Shown: positions 17,369-30,043 of the stretch, one piece after another
Position numbering within the stretch: the stretch's first letter is position 1
Layout: the number at the start of each line of letters is the position of its first letter
Source of the DNA: Escherichia coli
GTDB taxonomy: Bacteria; Pseudomonadota; Gammaproteobacteria; Enterobacterales; Enterobacteriaceae
Strand: one strand, 5' to 3'
DNA: 32,000 nucleotides
Assembly: GCF_013315735.1 (NCBI RefSeq)
Contig: NZ_CP054368.1
Made by a program: the position numbers and the translations under genes
Notes under the pieces: model-generated
Told to the model about the DNA's origin: nothing
What the model saw: only the letters and a program-made list of their open reading frames with translations
Database searches by the model: none

Positions 17369-18472
17369 TTAACGGGTAATCATGTCATCACGGTGAACGG
17401 CAACCGGGCCGTATTCATATCCCAGTATTGCATCAATTTCTTGCGAGTGGTGTCCGGCAATACGGCGTAATGCATCGCTGTTGTAACGACTGACGCCGTG
17501 GGCGATATCGCGACCTTCGAGGTTGCAAATACGGATGACTTCACCACGCGAGAAATTGCCAGTCACGCTTTTAATGCCTTTCGGCAACAGGGAGCTGCCG
17601 CGTTCCAGAATGGCGGCAGTTGCCCCTTCATCTACCGTGATTTCACCCGCCGGCGGCGCACCGAAAATCCAGCGTTTACGGTTTTCAAGCGGAGTCGCCT
17701 GGGCATGGAACAGCGTACCGACGGAAATGCCTTCCATCACATCACCAATAACGCCCGGCTTGCTGCCCGCGGCAATAATGGTGTCGATACCCGCACGGCA
17801 AGCCACGTCCGCGGCCTGCAATTTGGTGCTCATGCCGCCAGTTCCGAGGCCTGAAACGCTATCACCGGCAATCGCGCGCAGTGCGTCATCAATGCCGTAC
17901 ACATCTTTAATCAGTTCTGCCTGCGGATTGCTGCGCGGGTCAGCGGTATACAAACCTTTTTGATCGGTCAGCAGCAACAGTTTATCGGCACCCGCCAGAA
18001 TCGCCGCCAGCGCAGAAAGGTTATCGTTATCACCGACCTTAATCTCTGCCGTAGCGACAGCATCGTTCTCATTGATTACCGGAACGATGTTGTTATCGAG
18101 CAACGCACGCAGGGTATCGCGGGCGTTCAGGAAGCGTTCACGATCTTCCATATCAGCACGGGTCAGCAACATCTGCCCGACATGAATGCCGTAAATTGAA
18201 AACAGCTGTTCCCACAGTTGAATCAGTCGACTCTGCCCTACCGCCGCCAGCAGCTGTTTTGAAGCGATAGTCGCTGGCAATTCCGGGTACCCCAGGTGCT
18301 CACGTCCGGCGGCAATCGCACCCGACGTCACAATAACAATCCGATGCCCGGCGGCATGTAACTGCGCGCACTGGCGAACAAGTTCAACGATATGGGCACG
18401 GTTCAGGCGGCGCGATCCGCCTGTTAGCACACTGGTGCCGAGTTTTACCACCAGCGTCTGGCTGTCACTCAT
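17369..18472 (-). CDS. proB: Glutamate 5-kinase
   Basis: [35 protein letters not shown]...; start inside the track ORF. Confidence 0.98.
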
Positions 18473-18661
18473 GATTCTCTGCCATTCAATTTTAGGAAAA
18501 AATGATATCAAACGAACGTTTTAGCAGGACTGTCGTCGGTTGCCAACCATCCGCGAGCAAAGCATGGCGTTTTGTTGCGCGGGATCAGCAAGAGTAGCGG
18601 CAGTTGTTTACGCTTTTATTACAGATTTAATAAATTACCACATTTTAAGAATATTATTAAT

Positions 18662-18679
18662 CTGTAATATATCTTTAAC
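18662..18679 (+). promoter_or_regulatory. Pho box upstream of phoE
   Basis: CTGTAATATATCTTTAAC resembles the PhoB binding consensus, upstream of phoE. Confidence 0.75.
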
Positions 18680-18760
18680 AATCTCAGGTTAAAAACTTTC
18701 CTGTTTTCAACGGGACTCTCCCGCTGAATATTCGCGCGTTAATTAAAATCAGGAATGAAA

Positions 18761-19816
18761 ATGAAAAAGAGCACTCTGGCATTAGTGGTGATGGGCATTG
18801 TGGCATCTGTATCCGTACAGGCCGCAGAAATATATAACAAAGACGGTAATAAACTGGATGTCTATGGCAAAGTTAAAGCCATGCATTATATGAGTGATAA
18901 TGACAGTAAAGATGGCGACCAGAGTTATATCCGTTTTGGTTTTAAAGGCGAAACACAAATTAACGATCAACTGACTGGTTATGGTCGTTGGGAAGCTGAG
19001 TTTGCCGGTAATAAAGCGGAGAGTGATACTGCACAGCAAAAAACGCGTCTCGCTTTTGCCGGGTTGAAATATAAAGATTTGGGTTCTTTCGATTATGGTC
19101 GTAACCTGGGCGCGTTGTATGACGTGGAAGCCTGGACCGATATGTTCCCGGAATTTGGTGGCGACTCCTCGGCGCAGACCGACAACTTTATGACCAAACG
19201 CGCCAGCGGTCTGGCGACGTATCGGAACACCGACTTCTTCGGCGTTATCGATGGCCTGAACTTAACCCTGCAATATCAAGGGAAAAACGAAAACCGCGAC
19301 GTTAAAAAGCAAAACGGCGATGGCTTCGGCACGTCATTGACATATGACTTTGGTGGCAGCGATTTCGCTATCAGTGGAGCCTATACCAACTCTGATCGCA
19401 CCAACGAGCAGAACCTGCAAAGCCGTGGCACAGGCAAGCGTGCAGAAGCATGGGCAACAGGTCTGAAATACGATGCCAATAATATTTATCTGGCAACTTT
19501 CTATTCTGAAACACGTAAAATGACGCCAATCTCTGGCGGCTTTGCCAATAAGACGCAGAACTTTGAAGCGGTCGCTCAATACCAGTTTGACTTTGGTCTG
19601 CGTCCATCGCTGGGTTATGTCTTATCGAAAGGGAAAGATATTGAGGGCATCGGTGATGAAGATCTGGTCAATTATGTCGATGTTGGTGCTACGTATTATT
19701 TCAACAAAAATATGTCAGCGTTTGTTGATTATAAAATCAACCAACTGGATAGCGATAACAAATTGAATATTAATAATGATGATATTGTCGCGGTTGGGAT
19801 GACGTATCAGTTTTAA
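18761..19816 (+). CDS. phoE: Outer membrane phosphoporin
   Basis: [46 protein letters not shown]...GMTYQF. The track ORF begins 2 codons earlier. Confidence 0.98.
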   Translation: MKKSTLALVVMGIVASVSVQAAEIYNKDGNKLDVYGKVKAMHYMSDNDSKDGDQSYIRFGFKGETQINDQLTGYGRWEAEFAGNKAESDTAQQKTRLAFAGLKYKDLGSFDYGRNLGALYDVEAWTDMFPEFGGDSSAQTDNFMTKRASGLATYRNTDFFGVIDGLNLTLQYQGKNENRDVKKQNGDGFGTSLTYDFGGSDFAISGAYTNSDRTNEQNLQSRGTGKRAEAWATGLKYDANNIYLATFYSETRKMTPISGGFANKTQNFEAVAQYQFDFGLRPSLGYVLSKGKDIEGIGDEDLVNYVDVGATYYFNKNMSAFVDYKINQLDSDNKLNINNDDIVAVGMTYQF

Positions 19817-19821
19817 TGAAT

Positions 19822-19909
19822 ATTGCCGGATGCGGCGTGAACGCCTTATCCGGCCTACGAAAACCAATATTTCAGGCCGGAAGAGATGCTCTAACATCGC
19901 ATCCGGCAC
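19822..19909. repeat. REP/BIME element downstream of phoE
   Basis: TTGCCGGATGCGGCGTGAACGCCTTATCCGGCCTAC and an inverted partner ending CGCATCCGGCA. Confidence 0.9.
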
Positions 19910-19916
19910 ATTTCAT

Positions 19917-20375
<459 letters not shown>

Positions 20376-21620
20376 TTAACACAAACGTTTTTCGATCCAG
20401 TCTGTGATTTCCTGAAGGCCTTTGTCAAAATTCCGATACACCGGGTTAAATGGGATCTCTAATAATTTACCGTCAGCAGATGACGACGTGATTAAGCGTG
20501 AGTCCTCTTCCGGGCTGAACGGATCGTTCTTCCAGTAGCCTGATAACATTGGCGTTGGGCAGCGACGTCCCAGCAACCCTTGCACTTTTAATGAATAGCG
20601 ATTCAGCTCCACGCGCAACGCTTCGTCAGAAGCATCATGCATCCCCAAACGACTCGCCAGAACGTCAAGATACATTTCCGGCACCTGTTGCTGGCACTTA
20701 AAATCGCTCAACAGGGTATGAACTACCGGACCAAGACAGGCAACCGCTTTCAGACGCGGCGATTCAAGGTATGCCAGACGTACGGCAACGTTAGCGCCGA
20801 AACGGAAACCAAAGGCCGCGACGCGAGTGTGATCCACCCACGGTACGTTAGGCAACGCCTTTAAAACGTGCTGATGCAACAGGCTGGAGTCCTGGGTGAG
20901 CTTCCATTTTGAAGAAAAGCCCACCGACGGCATATCAATAGTCAGCATCGCAATGCCGCGCAGCGCAAAATAACGTTCATACAGGCTGTAATAGTCTGTC
21001 TGCATCGCATCCAGACCACCACACATTAATACTGTCGGGAACGGGCCATCGCCTTTCGGCATATGCAAAAAGCCGGTGATGGGCGCACCGCCGGGTACGG
21101 TAAACTCCATCTGCCGCATCGTGCCCGGCAGACGCTGAGCGGCCTCTTCATAGGCGCGGTTTGACAAAGCCTGCGCTTGCTCGGCCAGGTCATCTCCTTT
21201 CAGATGAGGATAGGCAGCAATGTTGTACAACGTAGCCGCATGCAGCCAGTGTCGACCGCTGAGTTGCGGATCTTCTTCCGCACAGGCTTTTTGTTGCCAC
21301 ACCATCGCCTGGGTAGCCCACTCATAAATCCAGTTGCCGCCGCGGTAGCCAATCACCGTATCGTATAAATCATCGTCGGTACGTTCGGCATCGCTCATCA
21401 CAATACGCGCCTGGACTTCGAGGATTTCACGGGGGTCAATGCCGCGCCAGATCCACATCAGACGGTTAATCATGCGATACCAGTGAGGGATGGTTTTACC
21501 ATCAAGGGCCGACTGCACAGGCAGTTGTGCGCCGTGACTAAAGCGGCGGACTAGCGTCGAGGTTTCAGGATGTTTAAAGCGGGGTTTGAACAGGGTTTCG
21601 CTCAGGTTTGCCTGTGTCAT
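20376..21620 (-). CDS. frsA: Esterase FrsA
   Basis: 414 aa, [32 protein letters not shown]; synteny. Confidence 0.97.
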   Translation of the reverse strand: MTQANLSETLFKPRFKHPETSTLVRRFSHGAQLPVQSALDGKTIPHWYRMINRLMWIWRGIDPREILEVQARIVMSDAERTDDDLYDTVIGYRGGNWIYEWATQAMVWQQKACAEEDPQLSGRHWLHAATLYNIAAYPHLKGDDLAEQAQALSNRAYEEAAQRLPGTMRQMEFTVPGGAPITGFLHMPKGDGPFPTVLMCGGLDAMQTDYYSLYERYFALRGIAMLTIDMPSVGFSSKWKLTQDSSLLHQHVLKALPNVPWVDHTRVAAFGFRFGANVAVRLAYLESPRLKAVACLGPVVHTLLSDFKCQQQVPEMYLDVLASRLGMHDASDEALRVELNRYSLKVQGLLGRRCPTPMLSGYWKNDPFSPEEDSRLITSSSADGKLLEIPFNPVYRNFDKGLQEITDWIEKRLC

Positions 21621-21711
21621 AGATGCAGCCTCCAGAATACTTACTGGAAACTATTGTAACCCGCCTGAAGTTAAAAAGAACAACGCCCGGCAGTGCCAGG
21701 CGTTGAAAAGA

Positions 21712-22170
21712 TTAGCGACCGGAGATTGGCGGGACGAATACGACGCCCATATCCCACGGCTGTTCGATCCAGGTATTTTGCGGGATATCAACAACATAAT
21801 CATCAACCAGCGGACGACCAGCCGGTTTTGCGAAGATGGTGACAAAGTGCGCTTTTGGATACATTTCACGAATCGCAACCGCAGTACCACCGGTATCTAC
21901 CAGGTCATCAATAACGATGAAGCCTTCGCCATCGCCTTCTGCGCGTTTCAGCACTTTAAGCTCGCGCTGGTTGTCGTGATCGTAGCTGGAAATACAAACG
22001 GTATCGACATGACGAATACCCAGTTCACGCGCCAGTAACGCACCCGGTACCAGACCGCCACGGCTTACGGCAATAATGCCTTTCCATTGTTCAGAAGGCA
22101 TCAGTCGGCTTGCGAGTTTACGTGCATGGATCTGCAACATGTCCCAGGTGACGATGTATTTTTCGCTCAT
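21712..22170 (-). CDS. gpt: Xanthine-guanine phosphoribosyltransferase
   Basis: 152 aa, [51 protein letters not shown]. Confidence 0.98.
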   Translation of the reverse strand: MSEKYIVTWDMLQIHARKLASRLMPSEQWKGIIAVSRGGLVPGALLARELGIRHVDTVCISSYDHDNQRELKVLKRAEGDGEGFIVIDDLVDTGGTAVAIREMYPKAHFVTIFAKPAGRPLVDDYVVDIPQNTWIEQPWDMGVVFVPPISGR

Positions 22171-22430
22171 GTGAAGTGTCCCAGCCTGTTTATCTACGGC
22201 TTAAAAAGTGTTCGAGGGGAAAATAGGTTGCGCGAGATTATAGAGATCTGGCGCACTAAAAACCAGTATTTCACATGAGTCCGCGTCTTTTTACGCACTG
22301 CCTCTCCCTGACGCGGGATAAAGTGGTATTCTCAAACATATCTCGCAAGCCTGTCTTGTGTTGACAACATTTTCTGCTAACCCTGTGACCTGCAATACTG
22401 TTTTGCGGGTGATCGACAAGGAGACTTAAC

Positions 22431-23888
22431 GTGTCTGAACTGTCTCAATTATCTCCACAGCCGCTGTGGGATATTTTTGCCAAAATCTGTTCTATTCCTC
22501 ACCCGTCCTATCATGAAGAGCAACTCGCTGAATACATTGTTGGTTGGGCAAAAGAGAAAGGTTTCCATGTCGAACGCGATCAGGTAGGTAATATCCTGAT
22601 TCGTAAACCTGCTACCGCAGGTATGGAAAATCGTAAACCGGTCGTCTTGCAGGCCCACCTCGATATGGTGCCGCAAAAAAATAACGACACCGTGCATGAC
22701 TTCACTAAAGATCCTATCCAGCCTTATATTGATGGCGAATGGGTTAAAGCACGCGGCACCACGCTGGGTGCGGATAACGGCATTGGTATGGCCTCTGCAC
22801 TGGCGGTTCTGGCTGACGAAAACGTGGTTCACGGCCCGCTGGAAGTTCTGCTGACCATGACTGAAGAAGCCGGTATGGACGGTGCGTTCGGCTTACAGAG
22901 CAACTGGTTGCAGGCTGATATTCTGATTAACACCGACTCCGAAGAAGAAGGTGAAATCTACATGGGATGTGCGGGGGGTATCGACTTCACCTCCAACCTG
23001 CATTTAGATCGTGAAGCGGTTCCAGCTGGTTTTGAAACCTTCAATTTAACCTTAAAAGGTCTGAAAGGCGGTCACTCCGGCGGTGAAATCCACGTTGGCC
23101 TGGGTAATGCCAACAAACTGCTGGTGCGCTTCCTGGCGGGTCATGCAGAAGAACTGGACCTGCGTCTTATTGATTTCAACGGCGGCACACTGCGTAACGC
23201 CATCCCGCGTGAAGCCTTTGCGACCATTGCTGTCGCAGCTGATAAAGTCGACGCCCTGAAATCTCTGGTGGATACCTATCAGGAGATCCTGAAAAACGAA
23301 CTGGCAGAAAAAGAGAAGAATCTGGCATTGCTGCTGGACTCCGTAGCGAACGACAAAGCTGCATTAACGGCGACATCTCGCGATACCTTTATTCGTCTGC
23401 TGAACGCAACTCCGAACGGAGTTATCCGTAATTCCGATGTAGCCAAAGGCGTGGTTGAAACCTCCCTGAACGTCGGTGTGGTGACCATGACCGACAATAA
23501 CGTAGAAATTCACTGCCTGATCCGTTCTCTGATCGACAGCGGTAAAGACTACGTAGTGAGCATGCTGGATTCGCTGGGTAAACTGGCAGGTGCGAAAACC
23601 GAAGCAAAAGGCGCATATCCTGGCTGGCAGCCGGACGCTAACTCTCCGGTAATGCATCTGGTACGTGAAACCTATCAGCGTCTGTTCAACAAGACGCCGA
23701 ACATCCAGATTATCCACGCGGGCCTCGAATGTGGTCTGTTCAAAAAACCGTATCCGGAAATGGACATGGTGTCTATCGGGCCAACCATCACCGGTCCACA
23801 CTCCCCGGATGAGCAAGTTCATATCGAAAGCGTTGGCCATTACTGGACACTGCTGACTGAACTGCTGAAAGAAATTCCGGCGAAGTAA
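22431..23888 (+). CDS. pepD: Aminoacyl-histidine dipeptidase (peptidase D)
   Basis: 485 aa, MSELSQLSPQPLWDIFAKICSIPHPSYHEEQLAEYIVG. Confidence 0.98.
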   Translation: MSELSQLSPQPLWDIFAKICSIPHPSYHEEQLAEYIVGWAKEKGFHVERDQVGNILIRKPATAGMENRKPVVLQAHLDMVPQKNNDTVHDFTKDPIQPYIDGEWVKARGTTLGADNGIGMASALAVLADENVVHGPLEVLLTMTEEAGMDGAFGLQSNWLQADILINTDSEEEGEIYMGCAGGIDFTSNLHLDREAVPAGFETFNLTLKGLKGGHSGGEIHVGLGNANKLLVRFLAGHAEELDLRLIDFNGGTLRNAIPREAFATIAVAADKVDALKSLVDTYQEILKNELAEKEKNLALLLDSVANDKAALTATSRDTFIRLLNATPNGVIRNSDVAKGVVETSLNVGVVTMTDNNVEIHCLIRSLIDSGKDYVVSMLDSLGKLAGAKTEAKGAYPGWQPDANSPVMHLVRETYQRLFNKTPNIQIIHAGLECGLFKKPYPEMDMVSIGPTITGPHSPDEQVHIESVGHYWTLLTELLKEIPAK

Positions 23889-23899
23889 TTATTTGATTT

Positions 23900-23929
23900 G
23901 CTGCCGGATAGCGTTTAACGCCTTCCGGC
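23900..23929. repeat. REP-like/terminator hairpin after pepD
   Basis: TGCCGGATAGCGTTTAACGCCTTCCGGCA palindromic sequence. Confidence 0.7.
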
Positions 23930-23943
23930 AGTTTCATCCTTCA

Positions 23944-24558
23944 TTATCCTTCGATAAAAGCCATCCCTGTAAACGTTCGTCGCGGGTTGCCACGTTCAAT
24001 CTGGTGATGGAACATTCGCCGCTGCGATTTCAGCGCCGCGCTATTTTCCTGTTGCTGTTGTTCCAGCTTCCAGGCAATCAGTAATCGCGCCAGCCGTTTG
24101 TTAGCATGCTGACTGCGCTCTGACTGAACCTTCACGCTAATACCGGATGCCAGATGCGTGGCGCGTACCGCCGAGTCGGTTTTATTGACATGTTGACCGC
24201 CCGGCCCCGACGAACGCAGCGTCTCATAATGGATCGCATCGGATTGCTCCTGCTCATCTGCAGTAAAACGCCCAATGCCCAGAAACCAGTTTTTGCGCCC
24301 ATGATGAGGCCGATACGGACTCGGACAAATCCACTGAATAGTGCCGCACCAGCTTTCGCTTAGAGCCCATGCGTTATCGCCATCCAGAGAAATCAGCGCC
24401 GAACGCAGTGTGTCAGAGTAGCGACCCGTTTCTGTTTCCAGCACCGTTACCGCGACGTCCTGTCGGGTAGCTTCTTTAATCAGCCTGTCCAGTGCTTTTT
24501 TCACTGCGAGACAACATTCTTCCGGCCCCTGAGCAGAGGAGAGTTGTAGCAAGATCAT
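23944..24558 (-). CDS. prfH: Peptide chain release factor-like PrfH, apparently full length
   Basis: [31 protein letters not shown]...; [26 protein letters not shown] contains the GGQ domain. The track start at 24642 is upstream of the likely start. Confidence 0.92.
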   Translation of the reverse strand: MILLQLSSAQGPEECCLAVKKALDRLIKEATRQDVAVTVLETETGRYSDTLRSALISLDGDNAWALSESWCGTIQWICPSPYRPHHGRKNWFLGIGRFTADEQEQSDAIHYETLRSSGPGGQHVNKTDSAVRATHLASGISVKVQSERSQHANKRLARLLIAWKLEQQQQENSAALKSQRRMFHHQIERGNPRRTFTGMAFIEG

Positions 24559-25694
24559 CCTTTTTTCCCTCCACTGTTTTTGAGCGTCAGCACCGGGCGC
24601 AGTCGCGCGACAGGAATAATTAACCCAGCCAGCACCAGACATTGCACCACGCTTTCAGCCGATTTATAGGCTTGTGGCGCTTCTTCAAAGATGAGTTGTT
24701 TATCGCGACAAATTACCCGACTGCCAAGTTCAGTCCGCGAGAGTTGCGTCGCCGTGTATTTCGCTGCCAGACGCCCTTTACACTCGGTGCGCCCCCATTT
24801 ACGCCCCGCCCCATGCGCCAGCGAGTGGAGCGTTTTTTCGTTCGCAACAGGTTTAACCAGCCAGGAGTAATCGCCGCGTGAACCGGGAATAATCACCAGA
24901 CCGTTGTCATCCGGCGTGGCGCCTTTACGATGCAACCAGCCCTGTTGATCGCCGATTTGGCACGCGCTAACAAAGTTATGCGCCACATCCAGAACCGGAC
25001 TTCCGGTGGCCTTAACTTGTTGCATTATGCGCAAAGCGATCAGCTGGCGATTAATACGCGCAAACGCCAGCGCATCGTCATGTTCCGCAATATACCGTAG
25101 CGCGTCGTCACTGCCTTCAGGCAAACCATGATGCGAAAACGAGGCAATATGCCGCTGTAAAATAGACTGCCCCAATCCCCTCGAGCCGCTATGAACCAGT
25201 AGTTGCAGATGCTGCGCATCCAGACCAGCCCGTGCAAACAGTTCCGCGTCGATAATTTGATCAATCTGTTGCAGTTCTGCGAAGTGGTTACCGCCACCGA
25301 TGGAGCCAAGCGAGTTGTGCCACGGATGCTGTGCAAATGCTGACGGCAGGTTTTCCTCCAGCCAGCTTTCTTCAGCAACGTCATCCAGATCTGATAATCG
25401 CTTTTCAAACTTATCGGCGTTGTATTTGCGAGCGAGAATATCTGTTTGCCATAGCGCCATGCCGCAGCCGATATCATTGCCGACCAGTGCCGGGTAAAAA
25501 CGACCAACAGAGAAGAACGCTGCGCCAATCGGGTAGCCGCGTCCGGGATGTAAATCTGGCATCCCCACAACGCGCTGCATGTTGGGTAAATTTGCCGTGG
25601 TGTGTAATTGTTGGATCGCTAAACTCTCGATCCACAGGTCATCAGATGCGATGGTAAATACCGCATCGGATAAGGGACGAATATATTTGCCCAT
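24555..25694 (-). CDS. RtcB-family RNA ligase (RtcB2-type) partnered with prfH
   Basis: [23 protein letters not shown]...[16 protein letters not shown]...[10 protein letters not shown]...[10 protein letters not shown]...[10 protein letters not shown]...HGAGRKW; 4-nt overlap with prfH. Confidence 0.93.
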   Translation of the reverse strand: MGKYIRPLSDAVFTIASDDLWIESLAIQQLHTTANLPNMQRVVGMPDLHPGRGYPIGAAFFSVGRFYPALVGNDIGCGMALWQTDILARKYNADKFEKRLSDLDDVAEESWLEENLPSAFAQHPWHNSLGSIGGGNHFAELQQIDQIIDAELFARAGLDAQHLQLLVHSGSRGLGQSILQRHIASFSHHGLPEGSDDALRYIAEHDDALAFARINRQLIALRIMQQVKATGSPVLDVAHNFVSACQIGDQQGWLHRKGATPDDNGLVIIPGSRGDYSWLVKPVANEKTLHSLAHGAGRKWGRTECKGRLAAKYTATQLSRTELGSRVICRDKQLIFEEAPQAYKSAESVVQCLVLAGLIIPVARLRPVLTLKNSGGKKG

Positions 25695-25758
25695 GTACCA
25701 TTCCATTTATGAATAAAAATCAGGAAATGGCAGACGAATCCAGGGCAAGAAAAAAGAA

Positions 25759-25806
25759 TTAATCCTGGAAAGGTCTGCAAAGAGTCATTGATAAAGGATT
25801 TGTCAT
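25759..25806 (-). CDS. Candidate 15-aa leader peptide upstream of the rtcB-prfH operon
   Basis: AAGGAGGTAAATC-ATG, MTNPLSMTLCRPFQD*; stop about 50-65 nt before the rtcB start. Confidence 0.45.
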   Translation of the reverse strand: MTNPLSMTLCRPFQD

Positions 25807-25883
25807 GATTTACCTCCTTGCAGTTTGTGGAATAAGAAAACGCGCACATACTAGACGGGCGTTATTTTCATTGCAAGCTGGAT

Positions 25884-26336
25884 TTAATGTTGCGGTTTAT
25901 ATCGCATATAAAAATTAGTAAACCACGTTCCCCGGCATTCAACGCGCTGCTGCTTAACTGTCTGAAAACCAAAACGTTCAAAAAAGGGTTTTGCGGTTAT
26001 GCTGGCGTCCACCGTAAGTTCGGATTCAGACTTAATCAATGGTTTTAACAAAGCGCTGGCAACTCCGCGTCGGGTGTATTCCGGTTCAACAAATAACATA
26101 TCGATATAATGTCCAATGCGGGTAATAAAACCAACCGATTGTGCATTAATAACTGCAACCCGCACTTGTGATTTCGCGAGTTTCTCCTTCCAGCGAGATT
26201 CGTCAATCTGCGCCCAGGCGGCAATTTGCTGTGGAGAATAGTGCTGACTCGCCGTCATCGTAACAGCTCGAAGGAAAATAGCGCATAGTTGCTGAAAATC
26301 ACCAGGCTGATAGTTTCTTATTTGTATGTTATTCAT
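25884..26336 (-). CDS. yafP: GNAT-family N-acetyltransferase YafP
   Basis: 150 aa, [43 protein letters not shown]; 4-nt overlap with dinB. Confidence 0.93.
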   Translation of the reverse strand: MNNIQIRNYQPGDFQQLCAIFLRAVTMTASQHYSPQQIAAWAQIDESRWKEKLAKSQVRVAVINAQSVGFITRIGHYIDMLFVEPEYTRRGVASALLKPLIKSESELTVDASITAKPFFERFGFQTVKQQRVECRGTWFTNFYMRYKPQH

Positions 26337-27388
26337 AATCCCAGCACCAGTTGTCTTTCCATTTGCGGGTCAAGCAACGTCACATGCAGCCCCACCAGTC
26401 GCACACCGCGCCCGCCGCGGCGTTCATCCCAGGTTTTACGCGCGGTGGCGATTAGATCAGATTTATTCAGCCGCGGCCAGACGTGTTCCTGGGTGGTTTG
26501 CTGAAAATCGTCGAACTTTAATTTCACCCCCTGGCGGGCAATCAGCAAATCAGGTTTTACCTTTGCCAAACGACGCTCCAGTTCAGGGTAAAGCCGCTCG
26601 ATGATCGCTTCACATTCAGACCAGTGATGAATATCTTCCGCCATCGTGCGTTCCACGCCGACGGATTTTCGCAACCTTTCGCTGTTAACGTCGCGCTCGT
26701 CAATGCCCTGACTACGCTCCCACAAAATGCGGCCAAATTTGCCAAAACGTTTGAGCAGAGTCACCAGATCACACTTTTGCACATCACCGCAGGTTCGTAG
26801 CCCCATCGCTTCCAGTTTAGCCGCTGAGACTTTGCCGACGCCGGGAATTTTTGCCAGCGGTAAGGTTTGCAGAAATGCCGGAACCTCAGCCGGAGTAATC
26901 ACAAACTGACCGTTGGGTTTATTCATGTCGGAGGCGATTTTGGCGAGAAACTTGACCGGCGCAACGCCCGCAGACGCCGTCAGTTGCAGCTCGTTGAAGA
27001 TCGTCTGGCGGATTTCCTGGGCGATGAGGGTCGCAGAACCGTGGCAATGGACGCTATCGGTGACATCGAGATAGGCTTCATCCAGTGATAACGGTTCAAT
27101 GCGCGAGGTATAGCGCGAGAAAATTTCGCGGATATGATTTGAGGCTTCTTTGTAGGCGTCAAAGCGCCCTGGAAGCAAGGTGAGATGCGGGCATAATTTG
27201 AGCGCCATCCCTGTCGGCATAGCGCTACGTACGCCAAATTTACGCGCGGGATAATTGGCAGTGCTGATCACCCCCCGTCGTTCGCGGCTGCCGCCAATAG
27301 CAATAGGGATATCGCGCAGGGCGGGATTGTCGCGCATCTCCACCGCTGCGAAAAAGCAGTCCATATCCACATGAATGATTTTACGCAT
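26333..27388 (-). CDS. dinB: DNA polymerase IV
   Basis: 351 aa, [52 protein letters not shown]. Confidence 0.98.
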   Translation of the reverse strand: MRKIIHVDMDCFFAAVEMRDNPALRDIPIAIGGSRERRGVISTANYPARKFGVRSAMPTGMALKLCPHLTLLPGRFDAYKEASNHIREIFSRYTSRIEPLSLDEAYLDVTDSVHCHGSATLIAQEIRQTIFNELQLTASAGVAPVKFLAKIASDMNKPNGQFVITPAEVPAFLQTLPLAKIPGVGKVSAAKLEAMGLRTCGDVQKCDLVTLLKRFGKFGRILWERSQGIDERDVNSERLRKSVGVERTMAEDIHHWSECEAIIERLYPELERRLAKVKPDLLIARQGVKLKFDDFQQTTQEHVWPRLNKSDLIATARKTWDERRGGRGVRLVGLHVTLLDPQMERQLVLGL

Positions 27389-27458
27389 TGCTCACCTCTC
27401 AACACTGGTAAAGTATACAGTGATTTCAGGGTTTGAGAAATGCGTAAAGATTCAGCAT

Positions 27459-28349
27459 TTAACGCGTTCGCTGCGAAAGCACCTGCTGCTTATCCAGCTT
27501 TTGCACCAGCGGCTGCACCACTTTATCCCCATGCTGACCAAAGTATTGATACAGCGTATCGGACGCACTTTTGGTCAGCACCATAATCTCAATGCGCCGG
27601 TTGCCCGCGCTTTGCGGATTTTTGGCATCCAGCAGCATCTGGTCCGCCATTGCGCTTACCTGCATCACTTTATCTTCCGGCATTCCGGCCTCTTCCAGCA
27701 CCCGACGAGCCGAAAGCGCGCGATCGCCCGAAAGGTTCCAGTTGTTGTAGATATTGTTTTTATAGGCCATCGCATCGGTATGTCCGGTAATAATAATTTT
27801 GTTATCGAGCGAGTCGAACACTGGCGCGAGCTCCACCAGCAGCGTTTTAAAGAACGGCATAATCTTCGCGCTGCCGCGTTCGAACATATTGCGGTTCTGG
27901 TCGTCTTTAATCAGCACGCGTAATCCTTGAGGAACAATCTCCATCTCCAGATTCGCTTCCATATGCGCATCACGGGCGATGGTATTGATACTGGTTGCCA
28001 GCTCGCCAAGCTCGGTGGCGGATTTATTCTTCAGCAGCGCCGTTTTCTCGTTGACGTCGCGCGCTTTTTTCTCCGTCTCTTCCGGCACCGCCACGGTGGC
28101 AGGTTTTGGCGGATGAGACGGGCTGATTTTATTTAACGGCGACAGCCCGCCACCATTGAAAATCGACTGCCCGTGCAGCGCGGCGATAATGCTTTCACGC
28201 TCGGATTTACTGACGCTGTTGACAATCAACTTTATTGTCGTCACCAAAGGGGCCGAGCGTATTTCCGAGGTTTCTGCCCGCTTTACCCTGGACGCTATGC
28301 CCGGCAAACAGATGGCGATTGACGCCGATCTTAACGCCGGGTTGATCAA
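27459..28349 (-). pseudogene. lafU: lafU remnant (MotB/OmpA-like, lateral flagellar motor), N-terminus lost
   Basis: OmpA-like C-terminus KIIITGHTDAMAYKNNIYNNWNLSGDRALSARRVLEEAGM; the first ~50 residues are antisense to fhiA and no N-terminal TM segment is present. Confidence 0.85.
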
Positions 28350-29928
28350 CCAGGCGCAGGCGCAAACCCGGCGTAAAGATGTTGCCAGCGAGGCCGATTT
28401 CTACGGCGCAATGGACGGGGCATCAAAATTTGTGCGCGGGGACGCCATCGCCGGGATGATGATTCTGGCGATCAACCTGATCGGCGGCGTCTGTATCGGG
28501 ATCTTCAAATACAACCTGAGCGCCGACGCCGCCTTCCAGCAATATGTGCTGATGACCATCGGCGACGGCCTGGTGGCGCAGATCCCTTCCCTGCTGCTCT
28601 CCACCGCGGCGGCGATTATCGTCACCCGCGTCAGCGACAACGGCGATATCGCCCATGACGTGTGCCACCAGCTGCTGGCAAGCCCGTCGGGGCTCTACAC
28701 CGCCACCGGAATTATGTTTGTACTGGCGGTGGTGCCGGGGATGCCGCACCTGCCGTTTTTGCTGTTCAGCGCCCTGCTTGGTTTTACCGGCTGGCGGATG
28801 AGCAAGCGCCCGCAGGCGGCGGAGGCGGAAGAGAAAAGCCTCGAAACGCTGACCCGCACCATCACCGAAACCAGCGAGCAACAGGTCAGTTGGGAAACTA
28901 TTCCGCTGATCGAGCCTATCAGTTTAAGCCTCGGCTACAAACTGGTGGCGCTGGTGGATAAAGCGCAGGGTAATCCGCTCACCCAGCGGATTCGCGGTGT
29001 ACGGCAGGTGATATCCGACGGTAACGGAGTTCTGCTGCCGGAGATCCGTATTCGGGAAAACTTCCGCCTCAAGCCCAGCCAGTACGCCATTTTCATCAAC
29101 GGCATTAAGGCTGATGAAGCGGATATTCCGGCGGATAAACTGATGGCCCTGCCCTCCAGCGAAACCTACGGCGAGATTGACGGCGTACTGGGGAATGACC
29201 CGGCATATGGGATGCCGGTCACCTGGATTCAGCCTGCGCAGAAAGCGAAGGCGCTGAATATGGGGTATCAGGTGATCGACAGCGCCAGCGTGATTGCCAC
29301 CCATGTGAATAAGATTGTGCGCAGCTATATTCCTGACCTCTTTAACTATGACGATATTACGCAGTTGCATAACCGCCTGTCGTCGATGGCACCGCGACTG
29401 GCGGAAGATTTGAGCGCGGCACTCAATTACAGCCAGTTGCTGAAAGTGTACCGGGCGCTACTGACTGAAGGCGTTTCCCTGCGCGATATCGTCACCATCG
29501 CCACCGTGCTGGTCGCCAGTAGTGCGGTGACCAAAGATCATATTCTGCTGGCGGCAGATGTGCGCCTGGCGCTGCGGCGCAGCATTACCCATCCGTTCGT
29601 TCGCAAGCAGGAGCTGACGGTGTATACGCTGAATAATGAGCTGGAAAATCTGCTGACCAACGTGGTGAATCAGGCGCAACAGGCCGGCAAAGTGATGCTT
29701 GATAGCGTGCCAGTGGATCCGAATATGCTCAACCAGTTCCAGAGCACGATGCCTCAGGTGAAGGAGCAGATGAAAGCGGCGGGGAAAGATCCGGTGCTGC
29801 TGGTGCCGCCGCAGCTGCGCCCTTTGCTGGCGCGCTACGCAAGGTTGTTTGCACCAGGGCTGCATGTGCTGTCGTATAACGAAGTGCCGGATGAGCTGGA
29901 GTTGAAGATAATGGGGGCGTTGATATAG
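28156..29928 (+). pseudogene. fhiA: fhiA (lfhA/FlhA-like) remnant, N-terminus lost
   Basis: VVTKGAERISEVSARFTLDAMPGKQMAIDADLNAGLI FlhA motif; the first part is antisense to lafU. Deletion junction near 28220-28250. Confidence 0.87.
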
Positions 29929-29947
29929 GCATCCGGCATCGGTGCAT

Positions 29948-30035
29948 ATTGCCGGATGCGGCGTGAACGCCTTATCCGGCCTACGGTTAAAGCACAGATT
30001 TGTAGGCCGGATAAGCGTAAGCGCATCCGGTGCCA
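29948..30035. repeat. REP/BIME element next to rayT
   Basis: TTGCCGGATGCGGCGTGAACGCCTTATCCGGCCTAC followed by TGTAGGCCGGATAAGCGTAAGCGCATCCGG. Confidence 0.92.
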
Positions 30036-30043
30036 GTGCACAG

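Noticed and set aside
16023-18199. Plus-strand ORFs antisense to proA and proB
   Set aside because: Typical shadow frames of high-GC conserved genes.
19334-19909. Minus-strand ORFs inside and after phoE
   Set aside because: Antisense to a confirmed porin gene, or reading through REP sequence.
25619-25849. 76-aa minus ORF overlapping the rtcB start and the putative leader peptide
   Set aside because: Wrong frame relative to both rtcB and the strong SD; the SD at 25811-25819 fits the 15-aa uORF instead.
28423-28961. ORFs antisense to or out of frame with fhiA
   Set aside because: GC-rich shadow frames within the FlhA-like coding region.
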